Shown here in pieces: positions 51,508-61,560 of a stretch of 64,000 bases of DNA; positions within the stretch are counted from its first letter, which is position 1; every line of letters begins with the position of its first letter. The position numbers and the translations under genes were made by a program. The stretch spans positions 9,982,001 to 10,046,000 of the forward strand of contig OZ024759.1 in NCBI GenBank assembly GCA_964016885.1, read 5' to 3'. The notes beneath the pieces were generated by a model. That model was not told the DNA's origin. It saw nothing but the letters and a program-made list of their open reading frames with translations, and did not search any database. The DNA is from Eledone cirrhosa. Its lineage: Eukaryota.

Positions 51508-51765
51508 TACCAGTAATACGCTGGGTTATTGCTGGCCTTGTGCCAAAAGTAGAAACAATTATTCTATAACATGGGCGGTGGATTGGCAGTATCGGTAGAG
51601 GGTCGGACGCCATGCTTTGACGCATAGAGTTACGGCCCTTTCCATTCTGAGTTCAAATCCCGCTGAGGTCAACTTCGCCTTTCATCCTTACGGGGTCGAT
51701 TAAATAAAGTACCAGTAATGTACTGAGTATTTGCTGGCCTTGTGCCAAAACTAGAAACAATTATT
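51508..51765 (+). mobile_element. SINE family B with a duplicated tail
   Basis: Family consensus. Confidence 0.82.
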
Positions 51766-51948
51766 CTATAACATGGAGTTAGATGACACGGTGAACAGCT
51801 TCCTCACAATTCACCAAAGGAGGTTTACAATAAGAAAAGCATTAGACAAAGTAAATTATTGAAAAACGACGTAATCTCTCCCTCTCTCTATGTATATATA
51901 TATATTCTCCCCCACTCCCTTGGAACTCTCTTCCCACACACTTTTCCC

Positions 51949-51976
51949 CTGAAGAAGGGCTTATGCCCGAAACGTC
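51949..51976 (+). ncRNA. Minimal Penelope-type hammerhead core
   Basis: CTGAAGA-A-GGGC-TTAT-GCCC-GAAACGTC followed by AATAAA. Stem I does not pair well. Confidence 0.6.
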
Positions 51977-52063
51977 GTTCCCCACCACCACCCCACTCTC
52001 AAGAGCGTGATACTAATAAACCTTTGTTCGTACTGCCTCTCTGTTTTGTTCCCGTTCAATTTT

Positions 52064-52103
<40 letters not shown>

Positions 52104-52149
52104 CTACCATGACTGAATCTTAACCATCTACTATGTCAGGGTATAAAAA

Positions 52150-53418
52150 ATAATAATAATAATAATGAAATATTGTGTACAGTGCTCAGGTGCACTACAA
52201 CTCATCAAAAAGTGTATGTATAGTACATAGGGTAATGTACAAACATCAGGAAAATGAACAGTGCATCAGTCATGATATACACATAATAATGAAATTATTG
52301 TGTAAAGTGCTCAGGTGCACTACAACTCGTCAAAGGTGTATGTATAGTACATAGAATAATACACAAGTGTCAGGGAAGTACATGTGTGTATGTGTTAGTT
52401 GTAGTGTTGGCGGATCTCGGGAAGCATGGAGGCCTTAAAGGATGCAGTGTCTCGACAGCTAACAACTAATGCAGGTAGTTTGTTCCAGGGAGGTTTTAAA
52501 GGATGCAGTGTCTCGACAGCTAACAACTGATGCAGGTAGTGTGTTCCATGGAGGCCTTAAAGGATGTAGTGTCTCCACAGCTAACAACTGGTGCAGGTAG
52601 TTTGTTCCATGGAGGCCTTAAAGGATGCAGTGTCTCGACAGCTAACAACTGGTGCAGGTTGTTTGTTCCATGGAGGCCTTAAAGGATGCAGTGTCTCAGC
52701 AGCTAACAACTGGTGCAGGTAGTTTGTTCCATGGAGGTTTTAAAGGATGCAGTGCCTCGACAGCTAACAACTGATGCAGGTAGTTTGTTCCATGCTTCAG
52801 CAACTCTGAGCGTGAAAAAAATGTTTTGGAAAGTCATGGGAACTGTGCTGTTTTCTTACTTTGTGGGCATGTCCACGCGTGTTAGACACATGGAAATCGA
52901 AAAGGTACTCGGGGTTGTTGTTGGCAACATGGTTAACAATTTTGTGGGTGTTTACCAAGTCAGTTGCCAGGCGTCGGAGCTTCAATGAATCCATGCCCAG
53001 GGAAGCAAGGCGCTCAGAGTATGGTAGATGCCTGATGGAGGGTATTCGCTTGGTTGCACGGCTCTGAACAGTTTCCAGGCGGTCAATGTTCTGAGCAAGA
53101 TAGGGGTTCCAGACTGGTGATGCAAATTCTAAGTGTGGTCGCACCATAGCTGTATACAGCCTTAAATAGATATCTGGAGAGCGGCTGACAAAGGTCTTGC
53201 TGAGTGATGCTAAGACACCCTCGGCCCTCTTGACAATTTTAGAGATGTGCCTCGTCCAACGCAAATCGCTGCTGACCATAATGCCCAGGTCACGTTCACA
53301 GGAAGACTTCTTGATATTAGTGCTGTGGAGGGAGTATGTGGACGCTGGGTTTTTACTCCCAAAATGCATGGTGGTGCACTTGTCCACAGCTAGCTTGAGT
53401 TGCCAGTCTGTCATGCAT
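52150..53418 (-). mobile_element. 5'-truncated CR1-clade LINE with about 6 copies of a 61-bp unit and a duplicated 3' end
   Basis: WQLKL..DKC..MHFG, ERDLGI.VS.DL.W..HI, LYTAMVRPHLEFASPVWNPY, LETVQ.RATK.I, TRGH..KV. Confidence 0.93.
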
Positions 53419-53423
53419 CATCT

Positions 53424-53490
53424 TATTTTATCTGATGAGGACGTACTGTTGAAGTTAACTCAGTACCTCTGAAATATGTATAATAAAATA
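53424..53490 (+). ncRNA. Type I hammerhead ribozyme motif
   Basis: TATTTTAT-CTGATGA-GGA C GTACTG..CAGTAC C TCT-GAA-ATATGTAT-A-ATAAAATA. Confidence 0.87.
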
Positions 53491-53588
53491 TACTTGATCA
53501 CAAGAATATCTATTTTGTTAATATTTTGAATTAATATATATATATATATATACACACAGACAAACAAAGACACACACACATACATACA

Positions 53589-53642
<54 letters not shown>

Positions 53643-53837
53643 TGTATGTATGTGTGTGTCTGTTTGTCTGTGTATGCAAAGGCAAACAGAAATAGCAAAG
53701 CAAACGACACGGTACAATGAAGAAATGTGTATTTACATATGTATATATGTCCTATATGTATATATGTCCCGCCTAACCCATGCTAGCGCGGAAGATAGAC
53801 GTTAAACGAAGATGATGATGATATATATGTATATATA

Positions 53838-53874
<37 letters not shown>

Positions 53875-54142
53875 TTCTAGTTATATTCTCTTATGTAATT
53901 ATTTGTATTTTTGTTATATATATATATATATATATAGGAGGCGAGTTTTATTGTAGTACAATAAAGCAATGCAAATATCGGATAAGTAGCACTCTACAGT
54001 TTGTAGGACTGGAGTATACATAATATAAGATCAAAAGATGGTTAAAAGAGTTCCAAGTATTTTATTATGCGCATTTCAAAACCAAATATCATCATGATTC
54101 ACTATTCACAAGTGTTTTTTTAACTTTCATATCATGTCTGCC

Positions 54143-54213
54143 TATTTTATCTGACGAAAACGCAAATGTCATCTCATGATGATATTTGTTTTTGAAATGC
54201 GCATAATAAAATA
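54143..54213 (+). ncRNA. Type I hammerhead ribozyme motif
   Basis: Near-identical to 11853-11923. A partial inverted copy lies at about 54015-54097. Confidence 0.85.
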
Positions 54214-54323
54214 CATGGAACTCTTTTAACCATCTTTTGATCTTATATTATATATATATATATAAACAGAAATTTACGATGGAGAATCATAGCCACTTAT
54301 GTGTATATGTGTGTGTGTGTGTG

Positions 54324-54360
<37 letters not shown>

Positions 54361-54894
54361 CCTGTGTGTATTATATATATATATATATATACATATATAT
54401 AAACAGAAATTTACGATGGATAATCATAGCCACTTATGTGTATATATGTGTGTGTGTGTATTATATATATATATGTGTGTGCCTGTGTGTATTATATATA
54501 TATATATATAAATGAGATCGTGTAGGTGTCACGACAAAAAAAACACAGTCGACGCATGGACTTTAAATGATGATGATGATGATATATAAATGAAAAGTAT
54601 AGAAATATATATATATATGTGTGTGTGTATATAATATATATATATGTCTGTGTGTGTATATTATATATATATATGTGTCTGTGTGAGTGTGTGTAAACAA
54701 AGTGACGTCTCCAGTCGAAGTGCAACTATTAGAATTTATGCAACACTGAGAAACTTAACGTAAAGAAAACAGCCAAAATAGTAAAATATCGTCAATGTCG
54801 ACATCGGGTAAAATATAATATATATATAATATAATATATATATATATATAATATATATTACAATATATACTGTATATAGATTATAAATACATAC

Positions 54895-54945
54895 CAATTC
54901 CACAGTCGACAGTAGAGAATCAGGATAATTTGAATTTGTGCGCGC
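54895..54945 (-). promoter_or_regulatory. NDC80: Putative NDC80 promoter and non-coding exon 1
   Basis: Minus-strand donor TTG|gtatgt at 54895/54894. TTTGAA (CHR consensus, + strand) at 54929-54934 and GCGCGC at 54940-54945 sit in a short unique, CpG-containing patch among AT repeats. The ATG exon starts with a splice acceptor, so an upstream exon is required. Confidence 0.5.
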
Positions 54946-55075
54946 AACCGTTAAGATTTAGTTTCGTATAATTTAATACGAAACGAAGTATATATATATA
55001 TATATATATATATATACTGTATATATATATACAATGATATTAAATAAATGGAAACTATATTTATAAAACCATATT

Positions 55076-55139
55076 TATTCTATTATATATATTTCAAGGG
55101 TACCAAAAAAACTTTGGTACGCTTTCATCAGATAAAATA
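55076..55139 (-). ncRNA. Type I hammerhead ribozyme motif
   Basis: TATTTTAT-CTGATGA-AAG C GTACCAAAG..TTTTGGTAC C CTT-GAA-ATATATAT-A-ATAGAATA. Left arm of a palindrome at about 55030-55362. Confidence 0.85.
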
Positions 55140-55252
55140 CAAAGAGTGTTTTATAAATTTTGACATAGCCAAGGAAAATCATACCCAAGGAATATTCAAC
55201 TGATAAGCTATGATTTTCCTTGGCTATGTCAAAATTTATAAAACACACTTTG

Positions 55253-55316
55253 TATTTTATCTGATGAAAGCGTACCAAAGTTTTTTTGGTACCCTTGAAA
55301 TATATATAATAGAATA
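55253..55316 (+). ncRNA. Type I hammerhead ribozyme motif
   Basis: Inverted copy of 55076-55139. Confidence 0.85.
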
Positions 55317-55356
55317 AATATGGTTTCATAAATATAGTTTCTATTTATTTAATATC

Positions 55357-55413
<57 letters not shown>

Positions 55414-55710
55414 GTATATATATATATTAATTTTATTTAATGTTTTATTTTTATATATTTTAATATGATTACAATGTTTTCAATAATTTATTACGAAAGT
55501 AAAAACCAATGCAACTACACACATACACAGACATATATATAGAGAGACACATATAAAAAAAAAACAGAGAGAGAAGCGAAAGAGATAGGGAAGAGAGAAA
55601 GGGAGAGTGAAAAGAGGGGGGGGAGAAAGAGAGATAAGGTGAGATGGAGAGAGAGACTCAGATGACCCCATTTAGGGTTAAAGCAGAAATTTATTAAACT
55701 TTTAATCTGT

Positions 55711-56270
55711 ACATCATCATCATCATCGTTTAACGGCCATCTTCCACGCTAGCATGGGTTAGACGGTTTTGTTCCATTTGATGCGGGATTGGTCGGGAGG
55801 CCGTGTCTCACTCATACAGAACTGTCTCTGGCAGGTTTTCTATGGCTGGATGCCCTTCCTAACACCAACCACTCTTACAGTGTGGACTGGGAGCCGTTTT
55901 ACCGTGTCCCTTACACGACCACCTCACAGTGTGTATTGGATGCTTTTTGTTGTGTCATCGTCACAGTAGACGGAAATGGGAGGATGGGGTAGTGTGTGTG
56001 GGGTGGGGTGTATATTGGGTTAAGAGGTCCCTACTGACTGTAGGTTTGTATGCAAGGGATGGTGGGTCTTCTGTACAACTGCATGCCACAAAGATCTCGA
56101 TCCAGTGTCATTGTCTTAGAGAGGTGTAAGTGAACAAGGTCAGTTTTTATCATCTCGTCCCAGGTTTTTCTTGGTCTACCCACTCCATAGCTTCCATCAA
56201 TTTTCATTGCTCTGCACTTTTTTATACAGCTGTCGTCCTTCATACACATCATATGGCCATACCAATGCAA
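55711..56270 (-). mobile_element. RTE LINE 3' fragment
   Basis: HWYGHMM.MKDDSCIKKC...GRPRKTW plus tail. Confidence 0.87.
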
Positions 56271-56279
56271 TAAATATTC

Positions 56280-57300
56280 GCTCTACAAATTTAGAGAGCT
56301 TGGGAGAATATAGATTCGAAGGCCACCTTTGACTCTCTTCGACCAGTCAGATCAGTTCTCAGGGCGCTGCTGACTGTCTGCTAGCGTCAAAAACTCAGGT
56401 GATTGGGTTGATGCTCTACACGTGGCTAACATTGGTGGCCTACTCAACTTGGACAGCTTTGTGTCTCCATTGCCTTCAGAGTGGGAGTCAACAACGTCTG
56501 TAAGGGTCTACGGTGTGGCAAGATCCTTGACACCACAGGCCTCCACGGTCTATCTTGCTACCTGAATACCAGTCGCTTTGTGCGTCTCATGAGGTTTAAC
56601 CTCATCATCAAGAGAGCTTTGGCCCAGGCAAACATCCCCTCAATTTTGGAACTGTCTGGGTTATCCAGAATTGATAGGAAGACCTAACAAGCTTATTCTG
56701 TACCCCTGGTTTAGAGGCAGATGCCTTAGGGACCTCACAGTTACTGCATCTTTTGCTTCTGTAGCAAATTTGGACTTACCTTGCGTCTATCTGGTCCACG
56801 TGGGAGTACTTGCCGCTTGCGCCCGTCTTCACACGCCCGTCATCTTCAAGGGCCTATGGCTAAGAGGCCCCTGTTGACCGTCTGGTCCCTCAAGTCGCCC
56901 TCGTCCTCCTGCTTCCGGTCATGCGTCCCCCAACTTCCGGCAATCCCCCTCCCACAGCAGCTCTACACCCCCTCTATCTTGCGGCAGCCCCACAGCTTCT
57001 TCCCACATCCTGGAGGCTGCGGTTATAGCAAGAGCTACAGCTTCTGCAGGTGAACAGAACAAAATCCTAAAATACCGTGATCTATTGGCCAACTATATTT
57101 TCCAGCCTGTGGCGTTCGAGACATTTGGGGGAGTTAGGCTACTCACTGCGAGGTTCTTATCTTCACTAGCAGCTCACCTAACAGAGGTAACTGGTGAAGC
57201 TTGTGAGGGTGCTTGGCTGTTCCAGTGCATCAGTCTCAACATCACTCAAGGTAATGCTGTGAGCCAGCTGGCTTGCCTCAAAAAATATTAGAGAGGCTAC
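56280..57300 (+). mobile_element. Degenerate CRE-like non-LTR element, C-terminal Zn-finger/restriction-like endonuclease
   Basis: SGDW..AL, CG..LD..GLHGLSC, LIIKRAL.QANIPSILE..GL.R.D.K, PWFRG, K..KY.DL...Y.FQPVAFETFG, LFQCISL.I.QGNA. A GC-rich insert lies at about 56770-57020. Confidence 0.78.
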
Positions 57301-57619
57301 GCAGTTCTACCCCCCATGATATTCTTATCTTTTGCTCTGGTAGCAGTTCGTTTATCCAACCCTTTCGCCTACCTTTTGTTGTATGTGGTCCTAGATATAT
57401 GTATTACCTGCTTGTGTGTTATATGGGGTCCCACATGTAGCCATGTGTGTTTCATCTGTCAAGTGCCTGGGGTCACAGGTCAAGTGGTATATACGTTTAT
57501 CATTGTTGTCTTTTGACAGAACAATGGTGAGAATTCCTAACAATAGGTGGTTTTAAAGGCGAGAACTTTTGGATTCGATTTTGATTCTTTTCCAGATAAA
57601 ACATATAGTCGAATTCTGT

Positions 57620-59142
57620 TATATATGTATTACCTGTTGTATGTGGTCCTAGATGTATATATTACCTGCTTGTGTGTTGTATGTGGTCCTAGATGTGTGT
57701 ATTACCTGCTTTTGTGTTGTATGTGGTCCTACATGTATATATTACCTGCTTGTGTGTTGTATGTGGTCCTAGATGTGTGTACTACCTGCTTGTGTGATGT
57801 ATGTGGTCCTAGATGTATGTATTAGCTGCTTGTGTGTTGTATGTGGTCCTAGATGTATGTATTACCTTCTTGTATGTTGTATGTGGTCCTAGATGTATGT
57901 ATTACCTGCTTGTATGTTGTATGTGGTCCTAGATGTGTGTATTACCTGCTTGTGTGTTGTATGTGGTCCTAGATATGTGTATTACCTGCTTATGTGTTGT
58001 ATGTAGTCCTAGATGTATGTATTACCAGCTTGTGTGTTGTATGTGGTCCTAGATGTATGTATTACCTGCTTGTGTGTTGTATGTGGTCCTAGATATGTGT
58101 ATTACCTGCTTATGTGTTGTATGTAGTCCTACATGTATATATTACCTGCTTGTGTGTTGTATGTGGTCCTAGATGTGTGTACTACCTGCTTGTGTGATGT
58201 ATGTGGTCCTAGATGTATGTATTAGCTGCTTGTGTGTTGTATGTGGTCCTAGATGTATGTATTACCTGCTTGTGCATTGTATGTAGTCCTAGATGTATGT
58301 ATTACCTGCTTGTGTGTTGTATGTAGTCCTAGATGTATGTATTACCTGCTTGTGTGTTGTATGTAGTCCTAGATGTATGTATTACCTGCTTGTGTGTTGT
58401 ATGTGGTCCTAGATGTATGTATTACCTGCTTGTGCATTGTATGTAGTCCTAGATGTATGTATTACCTGTTTGTGTGTTGTATGTAGTCCTAGATGTATGT
58501 ATTACCTGCTTGTGTGTTGTATATGGTCCTAGATGTATGTATTACCTGCTTGTATGTGGTCCTAGATGTCTGTATTACCTGCTTGTGTGTTGTATGTGGT
58601 CCTAGATGTGTGTATTACCTGCTTGTGTCTTGTATGTAGTCCTAGATGTATGTATTACCTGCTTGTGTGTTGTATGTAGTCCTAGATGTGTGTATTACCT
58701 GCTTGTGCATTGTATGTAGTCCTAGATGTATGTATTACCTGCTTGTGCATTGTATGTAGTCCTAGATGTATGTATTACCTGTTTGTGTGTTGTATGTGGT
58801 CCTAGATATATGTATTACCTGCTTGTGTGTTGTATGTGGTCCTAGATGTATGTATTACCTGCTTGTGCATTGTATGTAGTCCTAGATGTATGTATTACCT
58901 GCTTGTGTGTTGTATGTAGTCCTAGATGTATGTATTACCTGTTTGTGTGTTGTATGTAGTCCTAGATGTATGTATTACCTGCTTGTGTGTTGTATATGGT
59001 CCTAGATGTATGTATTACCTGCTTGTATGTGGTCCTAGATGTCTGTATTACCTGCCTGTGTGTTGTATGTGGTCCTAGATGTGTGTATTACCTGCTTGTG
59101 TCTTGTATGTAGTCCTAGATGTGTGTATTACCTGCTTGTGTG
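57620..59142. repeat. 40-bp satellite (ATTACCTGCTTGTGTGTTGTATGTGGTCCTAGATGTATGT)
   Basis: Direct reading. A seed unit lies at about 57375-57430. Confidence 0.96.
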
Positions 59143-59974
59143 TTTTCTTTTTTTTACTTTTTCACTTTCTCTTTTCTTTTCCCTTTTCTTTCTTTTTTTA
59201 TTCTCTCTCTATTAGTAATTTACCATAAATGTATGAACATTAATGAATGAATAAATTATAAACATGTCTATACCCTTATATATTAGCTAGCAAATTGGCA
59301 GAGTCGCTAGAACATCAGATAGAATGCTTTATGGTATTCGTTTCTGCTCTCTGAGTTCAAATTCCACCAAGGTCAACTTTACTTTTCATTCTTTCGAGGT
59401 CAATAAAAAAAGTACCAGTCTAATACTTAATTCTTCCTCTATATCTCTTTCTCATTTCTTCTCTGTCTCTTTCTATCTTTCTCTGCAAGAAATCTGCTAT
59501 ACTCAGACTTGGAGAGGCATGGGCTCTGCCCGGCTTAAAATGCTCAAGAAATGCTGTATGCCAATCAGGAGTTACAGGAGCATACATACATACCCTTATA
59601 TATATACTAAACAAATCTAGTTGATTCTGCCTCTGTACTTGGCAATATATAGGAATACATAGAGACAGAAAGAGTAATATATCTAAAAAGTCTAAAGTCT
59701 GTCTGAAGCCAGAAGGCTCATTTGGCCGGTGCTTATCCCGGTTTCATGGTGTGAAGCGACTGAGAGTACAAGACTTCCCCCTGGATAGGACGCCAGTCCA
59801 TCGCAGAGTTAAACCTCCAGCTATTGCTCGTACTCATTTTCAGCTGAGTATACTGGAGCAACGTGAAATGAAGTGTCTTGCTCAAGAACACAACACGCAA
59901 CCCAGGAATCGAGCCCACGACATTATGATCGTAAGTCCAACACTCTTACCACTAGGCCACGTGCCTCCACTAAT

Positions 59975-60520
59975 ACAAAACGAAAATACAAAATTTATCA
60001 CTTTTATGAGGGGAGATAAATTCTATCACGTATGCTGAAGGAAATTTCAAGTCTTGTAAACTACCCACTCTGGAGCAATATTAAGTTGACCATGAGAAAA
60101 GAAAGGCTAACTTAAGTGCAAGCCAGTAGATTTGAAAGTCTGACCTTGAGCTTTATTAATAGACATTGTGAAGCAAAGTCGCACTGGGATTTGTGTTCGT
60201 TTGAACCCAAATGGCATGTCTGTTGGTTTGATTGGAATTCTTGGAATGAAAATATTTTCCCCAGAGCCACATCCAGTGATGATGGTTGCTTCTATCACAT
60301 CAGGTGATAATGTCTTAACAATCAACCTTGTCCCATTCCATAATTTAAAAGGATCTAAATTTCTTAGAAGCATTATTGGGACTCCTACCTTCAGAAAAAG
60401 TTAACGTGGAGGAGTTCCAGGTGGCTCAAGAGAATTACGAAACTCTGTTGGGTAGTGGACAGCTTGATTTTCATCAAGGATTGAATCAACTGATTTGTAC
60501 TCCTTAATTACTGTCAGAAT
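59975..60520 (-). mobile_element. Helitron RepHel (PIF1-like helicase) fragment
   Basis: YPTEF.NSLEPPG.PP (frameshift) GVPIMLLRNLDP.KL.NGTRL...FIPRIP..PTDMPF.FKR.Q.PVRL.F.MSINKAQGQT. Confidence 0.9.
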
Positions 60521-61113
60521 CTTATTCAAAATAAATAAAATCAAAATCTCATAGATTGTATATCATGTGAGATAATTTTGTGAAATAAAACATTTACCAT
60601 GAAAATATAATACTAAAAATAAAGTAATATAAATGCTAAAAGGTTAATGGTAAACCTGCAATTAAACATGTCTTTTTTTTATTCTTGTCTGGCTTCCTTT
60701 TTCTTCTTCTCTACGAAACTTCCTCTCTTTTTCTCTCTTTCTGTCATATGATAAAGAACTAACGTCCAAAATATTAACACTCTTCAGTGTTATACAGTGT
60801 TTTTAAAAATGTTTTTACCTCACCTCATATATAAATATGCATTTGTATGTGAATATACAATGAAAAGCACCAAGTCCACTCTGTAAAGTGGTAATGCTGG
60901 TGCCATGATAACAAACACCCAGTACACTCTGTAAAGTGGTAGTGCTGGTACCATGATAACAAACACCCAGTACACTCTGTAAAGTGGTAGTGCTGGTACC
61001 ATGATAAAATACACCCAGTACACTCTGTAAAGTGGTAGTGTTGGTGCCATTATAAAATACACCCAGTACACTCTGTAAAGTGGTAGTGTTGGTGCTATGT
61101 TAAATAATAAAGA

Positions 61114-61560
61114 CATCATCATCATCATCATCATCATCATTTTACCTCTGCTTTTCCCTGCTTGCAAGGGTGGGATGGGTCCTATTCACCACAACATCTC
61201 TTCACTTGTCACAGTCCTTAATCATCTCCTCTGTGAGCTTCAGCAATCTGAGGTCCACTCTCACCACCTCCGCCCATGTTTTTCGTGGTCTACATCTACT
61301 GCGTCTTCCCTCCACTGGGACTTCCTGGCACTTCTTCACCCATTGGTCATCCTCCATGCACATCACATGTCCATACCATCTCAGTCTTCTCTCTCACACA
61401 CTACAGTTTATCCCTCTTATACACAGTTTCTCTCTCAACTCATCTATACTTGGTCGTTCACGCACATTGACATTGCACATCCAACGGAGCATACTTGCTT
61501 CATTTCTCCCGAGCCGTCGCATATCCTCCGCAGTTACTGCCCATGTCTCACTACCATGTA
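61114..61560 (-). mobile_element. RTE LINE 3' fragment
   Basis: MLHGSETWAVTAEDMRRL.RNEASMLRWMC...RWYGHV, (CAT)n tail. Confidence 0.92.

Noticed and set aside
59480-59582. Unique, coding-looking stretch after a pyrimidine tract
   Set aside because: No convincing donor, no recognisable protein and no partner exons in the window.
60107-60373. Host PIF1 helicase gene
   Set aside because: Intronless, frameshifted fragment with Helitron-type motifs (IPRIP, FKR.Q.PVRL).
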